Source: Clostridia bacterium (GTDB lineage Bacteria; Bacillota; Clostridia; Christensenellales; RUG350). Taken from it: a stretch of DNA of 43,039 bases. Of this stretch, positions 25,601 through 33,977 are shown piece after piece. The notes under the pieces are model-generated. The model worked only from the letters and a program-made list of their open reading frames with translations, was not told the DNA's origin and searched no databases. The stretch lies in NCBI GenBank assembly GCA_045538365.1, contig JAZSRG010000105.1, forward strand, positions 1 through 43,039, in the 5' to 3' direction. The position numbers and the translations under genes are program-made. Numbering within the stretch: the first letter of the stretch is position 1; each line of letters begins with the position of its first letter.

Positions 25601-25820
25601 CGAGTATGACGAAGGTGTAACGGCGGACGTTCGCGAACTCTACTTCGTATGTAACAACAACACCTTGCAATCTACGGGTGACGGCACGATTACCATTAAC
25701 TTCAAGAGTGAAGTTTCGGGTAGTTACATCTACAACGGCGTAGAGAAGCCCTTTAGCGGAACGAGTTTGACTATAAGCACCGTTGCAGGCGAAGGATTTG
25801 CTATTCTTCTTGATAAATAA
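22620..25820 (+). CDS. surface lipoprotein: N-terminal beta domain, 3x Big_2, Listeria-Bacteroides repeat, BspA-type LRR, uncharacterised ~480-aa C-terminal domain
   Basis: Lipobox 'LLGAC'. Big_2-like 'ILTVTKDGVVTAVGKGSATVTV', 'IAIVDQNGYVTAKNEGEVFI' and 'VVTVDNGVIKAVGKGTATITA'. Flg_new-like 'VKFILNGD...YYFKGWY...TVYAKL'. LRR_5-like 'IPSKIDGYQVYAISSGAFKGS...IYDDAFRDC.SL..V'. C-terminal domain shared with the next gene. Confidence 0.85.
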   Translation: MRKIRKIALLAVAFVMVFSCVLLGACGESSNVELKTVEVKVEEATFNGERVLVNVAYGTAPTNSDSYGFRVEGKDNFKKDYVATNMDKDGKFSAQLLDLPNGEFEVRAFVGTTTPDYGKKLAFTGVANDLEKLNAGIEQIDGSFVSAQKLPLGKTCTIKPMFVPENYKYRTVSFESSDTSILTVTKDGVVTAVGKGSATVTVKSKDGKTAICSFQVEEEVFVALDYASVILFKGEQMKLTATVTPDSVTNKAVIWKSRDEDIAIVDQNGYVTAKNEGEVFIEARSVANENVLKTCKVTVAGEYKVILSETLLILDQGGTYTLTAEIVPSIEGETIVWATSNPSVVTVDNGVIKAVGKGTATITASMRGVSSTCEVSVKDDIEVKFILNGDVYAIRYTGASQGYKISMPKRPQDANNSTAPYYFKGWYSSKSYTTEVTENTTFNKATTVYAKLENIFTYTVKSGKVSITGFATGHEIEDIIIPSKIDGYQVYAISSGAFKGSNVETLTIEPGLEKIYDDAFRDCVSLDTVTFKSGSTVSYIGDSVFRDCVALTSISLPTSLNQTGELMFYGCKQLPSKYSELYQLNLESKEYFAPKYTYEFLGQDVMPIGGYIEPSVGYFASGVTVDKVMKDYVASGTNIMVGIQQARWGTTGEHYKQMYESLEKYGGMMIERYQVPNAEYLYASYAGNHAEDEPGVVKWRDDLYYNSPWGAAIQVGNEHKQHENWKANHPRKLRFTNLLPVNSPVNAFVFGATYYGYNNATNHDKFAEYTAKYANYDEYYKTYIEEMKPEVFCYDFYPLWANGGKGYLPYPELNGQHFEQLAVTRYYAEDYNDKVNGGYVPFWNFIQIAQWGAQGEGRGGSRAATLRELNWQTNTALAYGSKGYIYFVFNDYGDISGNGNPSDYAGTTPINIDGTKNTPVYNNVKKLNTQSQAMAKWLLNANVDHIYVYGANPNGEATPTSVLTPRNNSIKWAFKDSVGVNHIVSHMTYYANNNEYDEGVTADVRELYFVCNNNTLQSTGDGTITINFKSEVSGSYIYNGVEKPFSGTSLTISTVAGEGFAILLDK

Positions 25821-25830
25821 ACTCAAACGA

Positions 25831-25863
25831 GAGAGCGTTTCGACTTGAAACGTTCTCTTTTTA
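25831..25863 (+). terminator. Rho-independent terminator after lipoprotein gene 1
   Basis: GAGAGCGTTTC-gactt-GAAACGTTCTC (one G-U pair) followed by TTTTT. Confidence 0.8.
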
Positions 25864-25894
25864 TGCAAAAAAACCGTATTAAAATCAAGTCGAG

Positions 25895-25923
25895 TTGACA
25901 ATAGCGCAGAATATAGTTATACT
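25895..25923 (+). promoter_or_regulatory. sigma-A type promoter for lipoprotein gene 2
   Basis: TTGACA, 17-nt spacer, TATACT. Confidence 0.6.
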
Positions 25924-25951
25924 ATATATATAAAGATTTTAGGAAAACAAT

Positions 25952-28144
25952 ATGAGAAAGATTAGGAAATTATTGTTTATAACTATTTGTTTAGCCCTTT
26001 GTTTATTTGTGGTTACGGCTTGTAATCCGAGCATTGAAGAGCCAAGCGAAACGCCGAGCGCGGTGGAAGTTAAATTTATGTTAAACGGAGAACTTTACGC
26101 TATCCGTTATCCTAACGCAAATTTTGGTTACACCGTAGATATTCCCGAGATTGACGACACGAATTTACCTTACAGTTTTTTAGGTTGGTACGACTCGGAA
26201 ACTTATTTTAACGAAGTAACGGACAAAACTCAGTTTATGGAGAGCGCCACCGTTTACGGTAGAACGGATTCTATATTTAAAATGGCGGTAAAAGACGGCA
26301 AAGTCACCATTACGGGGTTAAACCACGGGGTGGAAAGAAAAAACCTCGTAATTCCTGATAAAATCAACGGTTTTGAAGTTGATGCCATTGGTTATAACGC
26401 TTTTGAGAATAGCCAAATCGAGTCCGTGCATTTTGAAAGCGGAATCGTAAAAATTCACGACGAGGCGTTTAAAAATTCAAAGTCCCTTGACACCGTAACT
26501 TTTGGAGAAAATTCCAAAATGAGTTATATAGGGGATTCCGTTTTCCGCGGTTGTGAAGCCCTTGCGAATATAACTTTGCCCGACACCGTGGAGAGCGTGG
26601 GCGAACTTACGTTTTACGGTTGCTCTCAAGTCAGTTATGGGGAACTATATTCCAAAAACCCGCAAGTAAAAGAGTATTATTCGCCTAAATACACTTACGA
26701 ATTTTTGGGCGAAGACGTTATGCCCATAGGCGGATACATTGAGCCGTCCGTCGGTTACTTTGCGGATAACGTTACCCTTGAGAGAGTTATGAAAGAGTAC
26801 GTAGAGTCGGGTTGTAATATAGTTATCGGTATTGGTCAACTTCGTTACGGCACGACGGCGGAGCATTACAAACAAATGTTCGAGTATCTTTCAAGATACG
26901 GCGGTATGATGTTCAAGCAAGATTCTATCGGAAACTTTGACTCTTTTGATGCGGAAGCAACGGAGAGCGTAAAAAGAGCGGTGGAAGAGTACGCCAAAAA
27001 ATATCCGTCCTTTGCGGGATATCATATAGAAGACGAGCCCGGTGTTTCTTCTTGGGTACCCGGACTTGGAGAGTATTCAAGATACACGGGACAAGACGGA
27101 GTGTTTATCCCGTCCAGCATGCAATACAATAACGCCGTTTGGAAAAAGAATTTAGGCAGAAAACTTTATTTCGTTAACCTTTTGCCTGTAAACTCGCCTA
27201 AAAAAGCCTTTGCGTTCGGTGCGGATAACTATAGTTATGGCGAAAACACTAATTTCTTGTGGGGCGAGTATGAAAAATACGCAAACTACGACTATTACTA
27301 TAAGTCCTATATAGAAAACGTTAAACCCGAAGTGTTCTCTTACGACTTTTATCCTTTGTGGGCGAACGGAACGAGTAGTCCCTACCTTCCTTACCCCGAA
27401 CTTAATAATCGCCATTTCGAGCAACTCTATATGACTCGTTACTACGCAGAAGATTATAGTTTGAAAGTAAACGGACAGTACACGCCTTTCTGGAACTTTA
27501 TCCAAATAGCAAAGTGGTCGTCTTCACGCGCTGCCACGGAGAGTGAAGTTTTGTGGCAAATAAATACGGCTTTTGCGTACGGTTCTAAAGGATATCAATA
27601 TTTCGTATTTAACGATTACGGCGATATATACGGTAACGGCGCTGTGTCCGATTACGCAGGAACTACTCCTGTAAATATTGACGGCACGATAAACGAGCCT
27701 GTGTATAGGAGCGTACAAAAGGTAAACGGCTATTCGCAAGCCATGGCAAAGTGGCTACTTAACGCAAACGTGGACCACTTGTATCTTTGTGGTGAAAACC
27801 CAAATAACGAAGACACTCCGAGTCCTATGTTCGTACCCCGTGATTCGTCAATTGATTGGGCGTTTAAGAGTTCTGAAGGTGTAAACCATATCGTAAGCCA
27901 CATGACGTATTACGCAAACAATAACCAATATGACAAAAACACGGAAGGGGACACACGTCAACTTTATTTCGTATGTAACAACAACACGCAGTCAATTTAC
28001 GGGGACGGAGAGATTACTATAAACTTTGACCGTGAAGTTACGGGACGATATATCTTGCGTGGAGAAGAAAAGGTTTTTGCAGGAAATTCTTTGACCGTTC
28101 AAACTTACGCAGGCGAAGGATTTGCAATATTACTCAATAAATAA
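25952..28144 (+). CDS. surface lipoprotein paralog: Listeria-Bacteroides repeat, BspA-type LRR, same uncharacterised C-terminal domain (no Big_2 region)
   Basis: Same 'MRKIRK' start, lipobox 'VVTAC'. 'VKFMLNGELYAIRY...FLGWYDS', 'IPDKINGFEVDAIGYNAFENS...IHDEAFKNSKSL'. The C-terminal ~490 aa are collinear with gene 1 ('PKYTYEFLG.DVMPIGGYIEPSVGYFA', 'H.EDEPG', 'YDFYPLWANG', 'GVNHIVSHMTYYANNN', 'AGEGFAILL.K'). Confidence 0.85.
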   Translation: MRKIRKLLFITICLALCLFVVTACNPSIEEPSETPSAVEVKFMLNGELYAIRYPNANFGYTVDIPEIDDTNLPYSFLGWYDSETYFNEVTDKTQFMESATVYGRTDSIFKMAVKDGKVTITGLNHGVERKNLVIPDKINGFEVDAIGYNAFENSQIESVHFESGIVKIHDEAFKNSKSLDTVTFGENSKMSYIGDSVFRGCEALANITLPDTVESVGELTFYGCSQVSYGELYSKNPQVKEYYSPKYTYEFLGEDVMPIGGYIEPSVGYFADNVTLERVMKEYVESGCNIVIGIGQLRYGTTAEHYKQMFEYLSRYGGMMFKQDSIGNFDSFDAEATESVKRAVEEYAKKYPSFAGYHIEDEPGVSSWVPGLGEYSRYTGQDGVFIPSSMQYNNAVWKKNLGRKLYFVNLLPVNSPKKAFAFGADNYSYGENTNFLWGEYEKYANYDYYYKSYIENVKPEVFSYDFYPLWANGTSSPYLPYPELNNRHFEQLYMTRYYAEDYSLKVNGQYTPFWNFIQIAKWSSSRAATESEVLWQINTAFAYGSKGYQYFVFNDYGDIYGNGAVSDYAGTTPVNIDGTINEPVYRSVQKVNGYSQAMAKWLLNANVDHLYLCGENPNNEDTPSPMFVPRDSSIDWAFKSSEGVNHIVSHMTYYANNNQYDKNTEGDTRQLYFVCNNNTQSIYGDGEITINFDREVTGRYILRGEEKVFAGNSLTVQTYAGEGFAILLNK

Positions 28145-28189
28145 TATATAAAAAAGGACGAAATTCCTATACGTTGGGGAAATAATTTG

Positions 28190-29515
28190 ATGATAAAAAC
28201 GAGAAAAAGATTATCTTCATTTCAAATAATACTTATAGGTTTTGCTTTGGTGATTTTGGTCGGAGCAATACTTTTAAGTTTGCCTTTTTCATCCGCGAAA
28301 GGAGAATATACGCCGTTTGTTGACTCTTTATTTACATCCACTTCGGCTGTGTGCGTGACGGGGCTTATCGTTTTTGATACGGCTACGCATTGGTCGGTGT
28401 TCGGTCAAGTGGTTATACTTTTGCTTATTCAAATAGGCGGAATGGGAGTTGTGACGGTGGCAATGAGTTTTGCTATGCTTGCAGGCAAAAAAGTCGGACT
28501 CACGTCAAGAGGACTTATGCAAGAAGCAATTTCTGCGCCGAACGTTGGTGGAATACTAAAACTCACGGGTTTTATTATAAAAGGCGTATTCTTGATTGAA
28601 CTTTTGGGCGCGCTTATTATGATGCCGTCTTTTATATCGGATTTTGGCGCGGAAGGAATTTGGATGGCTATATTCCATTCCATTTCGGCTTTTTGTAACG
28701 CAGGTTTTGATATTATGGGCAAAACGGGAGAGTTTTCCTCTTTGACCGCGTATTCCGCGCACCCCGTTATAAATATTACTATTATGCTCTTGATTATAAT
28801 CGGCGGTATTGGATTTTTGACTTGGGACGACGTTAGACGTAATAAATTCCGTTTTAGAAAATATAGATTGCAAAGCAAAATCATATTTATCGTGACGGGT
28901 TTGCTCATTTTGTTACCGGCAATTTATATGTTTTTCTTTGAGTTTCAATCCTTGCCCTTGGGAGAAAGAATTTTAGTATCTTTATTCCAGGCGGTGACGC
29001 CGAGAACGGCAGGATTTAATACTATTGATTATACGACCGTTAGCCAAGTTGGGCTTTTACTAACTATCGTACTTATGCTAATAGGCGGTTCTCCCGGCTC
29101 GACTGCGGGCGGTATGAAAACAACCACTTTCGCCGTTATTTTTTCAACAATGTTTTCAGTTTTTAGAAGACGAAACAACACTAAACTCTTAAATAGGCGA
29201 GTGGAGGACGGTATCGTTAAAAACGCGTTTTCGATATTTATGCTTTATATTACGTTGTTTGTTTTGTCTGCGTCTATAATTAGCGTAGTCGAAGAACTCC
29301 CGTTATTAGATTGTATGTTTGAAACGGCTTCCGCCGTTGGAACGGTCGGTCTTTCTTTAGGACTAACGCCAACTTTGGGTATCCTTTCAAAAATTATTTT
29401 AATGTTTTTAATGTTTTTTGGACGCGTCGGCGGTTTGACTTTGATATACGCGGCGTTTAGCAGAAAAAATACTAATATTTCAAAACTTCCTATGGAAAAC
29501 GTTACCGTAGGTTAA
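28190..29515 (+). CDS. ktrB: TrkH/KtrB family potassium uptake membrane subunit
   Basis: Polytopic, about 440 aa, with repeated selectivity-filter-like 'TGL', 'NAGF', 'RTAGFNT' and 'VGLSLG' segments typical of KtrB/TrkH. Confidence 0.85.
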   Translation: MIKTRKRLSSFQIILIGFALVILVGAILLSLPFSSAKGEYTPFVDSLFTSTSAVCVTGLIVFDTATHWSVFGQVVILLLIQIGGMGVVTVAMSFAMLAGKKVGLTSRGLMQEAISAPNVGGILKLTGFIIKGVFLIELLGALIMMPSFISDFGAEGIWMAIFHSISAFCNAGFDIMGKTGEFSSLTAYSAHPVINITIMLLIIIGGIGFLTWDDVRRNKFRFRKYRLQSKIIFIVTGLLILLPAIYMFFFEFQSLPLGERILVSLFQAVTPRTAGFNTIDYTTVSQVGLLLTIVLMLIGGSPGSTAGGMKTTTFAVIFSTMFSVFRRRNNTKLLNRRVEDGIVKNAFSIFMLYITLFVLSASIISVVEELPLLDCMFETASAVGTVGLSLGLTPTLGILSKIILMFLMFFGRVGGLTLIYAAFSRKNTNISKLPMENVTVG

Positions 29516-29524
29516 GGAGTAATT

Positions 29525-30178
29525 ATGAAAAACAAATCTATCTTACTTGTAGGTGTTGGAAGACTTGGCAGATATATTGCCGAGAAACTTAACGAACTTG
29601 GTCACGAGGTTATGGCAATAGACCGTAACGAATCACGTATTAACGACGTTATGGATATCGTTACCAACGCACAAATCGGGGATAGCACAAATGAAACCTT
29701 TTTAAAATCGTTAGGCGTGGAAAATTATGACGTTTGTATAGTAACGATAGGCGGAGATTTTCAAGCATCCCTTGAAACTACTAATTTGCTTAAAGAACTC
29801 GGCGCAAAGATGGTCGTATCCCGCGCGGAGCGTGACGGACAAGCAAAATTTTTGAAGAGAAACGGCGCGGATGAGATTATTTATCCGGAAAGACAACTCG
29901 CTTCTTGGGCAGCAATAAGATTTAGCGCCGATCACGTTTTGGACTATATTCAAATTGACGACGAACACGCAATTTTTGAAGTGGACGTACCCGAAGATTG
30001 GGTTGGAAAGAGTATTGCGGATATTGATATTCGTAAAAAATTCAATATCAATATTCTTGCTATCAAACAAAATGGAAAAATTAGCGCGTCTGTAATGCCG
30101 AGTGTGGTTTTGAGCGACGAAATTACTTTATTGGTATTGGGCGAATATAAAGCGTTGAAGAAATGTTTTAATATATAA
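29525..30178 (+). CDS. ktrA: TrkA/KtrA family potassium uptake regulatory subunit (RCK domains)
   Basis: 'ILLVGVGRLGRYIAEKLNELGHEVMAID' Rossmann RCK_N plus C-terminal RCK_C ('F.VDVPE.W.GKSI.D.D.R.KF.INILAI'). AAGGAG RBS. Confidence 0.85.
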   Translation: MKNKSILLVGVGRLGRYIAEKLNELGHEVMAIDRNESRINDVMDIVTNAQIGDSTNETFLKSLGVENYDVCIVTIGGDFQASLETTNLLKELGAKMVVSRAERDGQAKFLKRNGADEIIYPERQLASWAAIRFSADHVLDYIQIDDEHAIFEVDVPEDWVGKSIADIDIRKKFNINILAIKQNGKISASVMPSVVLSDEITLLVLGEYKALKKCFNI

Positions 30179-30185
30179 TATAAAA

Positions 30186-30215
30186 AGGTCCGTGTTTTAC
30201 ACGGACTTTTGTTTT
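30186..30215 (+). terminator. Rho-independent terminator after ktrA
   Basis: GTCCGTG-tttta-CACGGAC followed by TTTTGTTTT. Confidence 0.75.
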
Positions 30216-30292
30216 AGCAAAAATCTTCTTATTTTATTGCAATAAACCGTAAAATTTTATATAATAATAAGAGTAACTTTTTGGAGGCAAAT

Positions 30293-31237
30293 ATGTATTA
30301 TCTTGGTGTGGATATCGGTGGCATGAGCATAAAGTGTGGACTCGTAAATGAAGATGGACAAATCGTTTTTTCAAAGTCCGTGGTAACTCCCTTGACGGGG
30401 GCGCGCGACATTGCAAAAGTAACCGCAGTACTCGTGCAGGACGTGTTGAGTGAAAACAATCTTAAAAAGTCCGACGTTCCCGGCATTGGCGTAGGCGTTC
30501 CGGGTATCGTTGACCTATCCACGCAAGAAGTTAAATACTCTTGCAACCTTTTTAAAGAAAACGCTCCACTCGGCAAAATGCTCGAAGAAGAGAGCGGTAT
30601 GGTGGTTAAAATTGCAAACGACGCGGACACCGCGGCTTACGGCGAGTGTTTGTTTGGAGCAGGCAAAGGGGCACAGGATATCGTTATGGTAACCTTGGGC
30701 ACGGGCGTTGGTGGCGGTGTAGTCGCGAACGGTAAACCTTTTGCGGGCGGACGTGGTTTAGGTGGCGAGATTGGTCACATGGGAATAGGTGGCCCCGACC
30801 TTTGCGCTTGTGGAAGACGTGGTTGTATGGAAGCCGAAGTTTCCGCGACCGCGCTCATTAGGCGCACGAAAGAAGCAATCGCTAAAAACCCCGACAGCAC
30901 CCTTGCAAAAATTTCCAAAGGAAAGGAAGTTGACGGTAGAACTTTGTTCTACGCCCTTGACCAAGACTGTGAAGTTGCAAAGACCGTTTTTGACGCTTTC
31001 TTGGCTGATTTAGGTTACGGGCTTGTAAACCTTGCAAATATATTCAGACCGCAAATGATTTTGATAGGCGGTGGTATTTCGGCGCAAGGGGAAAGATTAA
31101 CCGCACCCCTTCAAGAATACGTGGATAAATATATCTACGGTGGCACGAGTTTTGCAAGAACGATAGTTAAAAGCGCCGAACTCGGCAACCCTGCAGGAAT
31201 TATCGGCGCGGCATTTTTATTAAAAACTAATGAATAA
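30293..31237 (+). CDS. glcK: ROK family glucokinase
   Basis: 'YLGVDIGGMSIK.G', 'NDADTAAYGE', 'GTGVGGG' and ROK zinc motif 'GHM......C.CG..GC.E'. GGAGG lies 5 nt before the ATG at 30293. Confidence 0.85.
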   Translation: MYYLGVDIGGMSIKCGLVNEDGQIVFSKSVVTPLTGARDIAKVTAVLVQDVLSENNLKKSDVPGIGVGVPGIVDLSTQEVKYSCNLFKENAPLGKMLEEESGMVVKIANDADTAAYGECLFGAGKGAQDIVMVTLGTGVGGGVVANGKPFAGGRGLGGEIGHMGIGGPDLCACGRRGCMEAEVSATALIRRTKEAIAKNPDSTLAKISKGKEVDGRTLFYALDQDCEVAKTVFDAFLADLGYGLVNLANIFRPQMILIGGGISAQGERLTAPLQEYVDKYIYGGTSFARTIVKSAELGNPAGIIGAAFLLKTNE

Positions 31238-32573
31238 AAACGATATTATAAATCTAAAAATCGAAAGTTACGGCGCGTTTGGAGAAGGCGTTGCACATTT
31301 TGACGGCTTTGCCGTGTTTATTCCTTTTGCTTTGGTCGGGGAAACTATTGAAACCCTTATTTTATCCGTCAAAAAGGGATACGCGTACGGTAAAGTCTTG
31401 TCCGTTTTGGAAAAGTCGAGTGACAGACAAATTCCCAAATGCGAATATTTTACCCGTTGCGGTGGGTGTGATTTGCAACACTTATTATACCCCGCCCAAC
31501 TAAATCTCAAAAGACAAAGCGTATATGAAACTTTGCGTAGAGTTGGGGGCGTAGATACCGCGGTTGAGAAAGTTTTTCCGTCAGACAAAGAGTTTGACTC
31601 ACGCAATAAACTCACTTTACCGTTTGCGGACTTTAATGGAAAAGTCGTGCTCGGTTTTTATTCCGAAAGAAGCCACAGAGTGGTGGGAATAAATAAATGT
31701 TTGTTAAGTAGTTGGTCGGAAAAGTTGATTTTAGCAACCCTAAACTGGGCAAACGAGAATAATATAAGCGCGTATAACGAAGGGACTAAAAAGGGTATTC
31801 TTCGCGCCCTATCCGCTCGTGTTTCAAAGGGAAAAACAATGATAACTTTGGTCGTAACTAAACAAAACGTGCCAAAATTAGATAGTTTAACCCAAAAATA
31901 TAGAGAACTTTACCCCGACGGAATATTTTATTTAAATATAAACGACCGCGATACCAACGTGGTATTAGGAGATAAGTGCGTACACGTTTTTGGAGAGAAA
32001 AAGTTGTTGTCAAACGCTTTGGGCGTGGAATACGAGTTGTCCCCATTGTCCTTTGCTCAAGTAAACGATACGGTGCGTGACGGACTGTATAGCGCGGTCG
32101 TGGGGGAGATTTCTGAAAACGATATAGTAGTTGACGCGTACTCGGGAGCAGGACTTATGAGCGTGCTTTGCGCTAAACGCGCAAAATACGTGTACGGCGT
32201 TGAGATAATAGAAGACGCGGTAAAAGACGCAAACCAAACCGCCAAACTAAACGGTGTTTCAGGCAAAGTTCAAAATATAGCAGGGGACTGTGCGAAGGTT
32301 TTACCCGAACTTTTCAAAAAAATTCGCGAAAAACACAAAGACCAAATGACCGTTATATTAGATCCCCCGAGAAAGGGTTGTGACGGGACGGTTTTAGAGT
32401 CCGTTTTGACTTGCGCGCCTGACAAAATAATTTACGTGTCTTGCAACCCCGCAACGCTTGCCCGCGACCTTAAAACCTTGACCGAGAGATATACAATAAA
32501 CTACGTAAAACCTTTCGATATGTTTCCGAACACTAAACACGTTGAAACTATTGTTTGTATGACGAAAAAATAA
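31230..32573 (+). CDS. rlmD: 23S rRNA (uracil-C5)-methyltransferase, RumA/RlmD family (TRAM + Fe-S + SAM MTase)
   Basis: N-terminal TRAM-like barrel, 'C.YF..CGGCDLQH' Fe-S cysteines, 'DAYSGAG' SAM motif and 'DPPR.G' plus 'YVSCNP.TLARD'. Overlaps the glcK stop by 8 nt. Confidence 0.85.
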   Translation: MNKNDIINLKIESYGAFGEGVAHFDGFAVFIPFALVGETIETLILSVKKGYAYGKVLSVLEKSSDRQIPKCEYFTRCGGCDLQHLLYPAQLNLKRQSVYETLRRVGGVDTAVEKVFPSDKEFDSRNKLTLPFADFNGKVVLGFYSERSHRVVGINKCLLSSWSEKLILATLNWANENNISAYNEGTKKGILRALSARVSKGKTMITLVVTKQNVPKLDSLTQKYRELYPDGIFYLNINDRDTNVVLGDKCVHVFGEKKLLSNALGVEYELSPLSFAQVNDTVRDGLYSAVVGEISENDIVVDAYSGAGLMSVLCAKRAKYVYGVEIIEDAVKDANQTAKLNGVSGKVQNIAGDCAKVLPELFKKIREKHKDQMTVILDPPRKGCDGTVLESVLTCAPDKIIYVSCNPATLARDLKTLTERYTINYVKPFDMFPNTKHVETIVCMTKK

Positions 32574-32589
32574 TAATTTGGAGCAAATT

Positions 32590-33969
32590 ATGAAAAAAGA
32601 ATATAGAAAAACCAAGATTTTTGGAATTATCGTGTCCGTTATAATGGTGTTTTTGTTGGCGATAAATATTATTCCGCCGGCAAAGGCGATTGACGACAAT
32701 CCGTTCATAGTTGGGAACGGGAAGTTGCCTATGATTGCGGCGCACCGTGGCGGTGGGGAAAACAACCCCGAGAACACGATGCTCGCTTTCCGTGAAGCCG
32801 TAAAAACTATTGGCGTAGATATTTTGGAGAGTGATTTGTATTTAACCAAAGACGGATATCTCGTGTATAATCACGACGAGTATATTGATAGAACGAGCAA
32901 CGTCAACGGGGACAAAACCAAAGCCGAAGTCGAAGCGTTGATTGAAAACAAAGAAAATAGGCACTACATATCCGATATGACGCTTGCCGAGTTAAAGCAA
33001 TACAACTTTGGGTATTATTTTGAAGATGAAAAAGGACAAAGACCGTATAAAGACCTTTCTCTTGCTGAAATCGAAGAACTTGGCTTACAAATTGCGACCG
33101 TTGAAATGCTTTTTGAAGAGTTTTATACCACTCATCCCGATTTGCTCTTTATAGTTGAAATTAAAGACGGGGAAGACAGGGGAAAACTTGCTTGTAAAAA
33201 ACTAAACGACGTGTTAAATAATTTCCCGAAATATAAAGATAGAATAGTAGTGGGAACTTTCCACGACGAGATAGAAAAAGAACTCAAAACCAACTATCCC
33301 GACCTTATGCGTGGCGCAAGTACGGGGGTAGCGGCAGGTTTTATTATTACTCAAATGACGAGAACTAATTTGTTTAACTCGGCGGACTTTGTTTGTTTGC
33401 AAATTCCTACGAGTTATGAAGTTGGCATCACCTTGTCTTTGGACAGTAAGTCGCTTATCGACCGCGCGCACAGACGTAATATTGCAGTACAATATTGGAC
33501 GATAAATAGTGAGCGCGAAATGCGACACTTAATAGACCTTGGTTGCGATTGTATAATGACGGATAACCCCGCTCTTATGCGTAAAGTGTTAAGTGAATAC
33601 ACCTATCCTGATAATACGGGTAAAATCATAGGCGGAATAATTACGGGACTATTAGCGACGGCTTGTTTAGTGTTGTCCATTATGCAGTTTAAACAAAAAG
33701 GATTTTTGTTAAATAACGCGTACATTTACGCGTCAAAGACGGAAAGAGAAAAAATGTACAAAAAACCTTTTTACATACAAACGGGAATAGTGTTCCTTTT
33801 ACTCTTTATAGTATTTTTAGCAACGGGGCTTGCAACCGTGTTTAATGCGGAAGGCTTTTATATAATGGCTGTGTTTGCAGTAGCGATTTGCATAATTTAC
33901 GCAATAGCGTCCACCGTTACGATTATGAAAAAAAGAAATAGAGAATTGGAAGAAAGTAAAGAAGAGTAA
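32590..33969 (+). CDS. membrane-anchored glycerophosphodiester phosphodiesterase (extracytoplasmic GDPD domain plus C-terminal TM bundle)
   Basis: N-terminal TM 'IFGIIVSVIMVFLLAINII', GDPD motifs 'IAAHRGG...PENT', 'ESDL.LTKDG.LV..HD' and 'YWTIN', then three hydrophobic helices at the C-terminus. GGAG RBS before the ATG at 32590. Confidence 0.8.
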   Translation: MKKEYRKTKIFGIIVSVIMVFLLAINIIPPAKAIDDNPFIVGNGKLPMIAAHRGGGENNPENTMLAFREAVKTIGVDILESDLYLTKDGYLVYNHDEYIDRTSNVNGDKTKAEVEALIENKENRHYISDMTLAELKQYNFGYYFEDEKGQRPYKDLSLAEIEELGLQIATVEMLFEEFYTTHPDLLFIVEIKDGEDRGKLACKKLNDVLNNFPKYKDRIVVGTFHDEIEKELKTNYPDLMRGASTGVAAGFIITQMTRTNLFNSADFVCLQIPTSYEVGITLSLDSKSLIDRAHRRNIAVQYWTINSEREMRHLIDLGCDCIMTDNPALMRKVLSEYTYPDNTGKIIGGIITGLLATACLVLSIMQFKQKGFLLNNAYIYASKTEREKMYKKPFYIQTGIVFLLLFIVFLATGLATVFNAEGFYIMAVFAVAICIIYAIASTVTIMKKRNRELEESKEE

Positions 33970-33977
33970 ACAAGAAT

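Noticed and set aside
28145-28189. c-di-AMP (ydaO-type) riboswitch upstream of ktrB
   Set aside because: The intergenic gap is only about 45 nt, far too short for that aptamer, and no conserved motif is visible.
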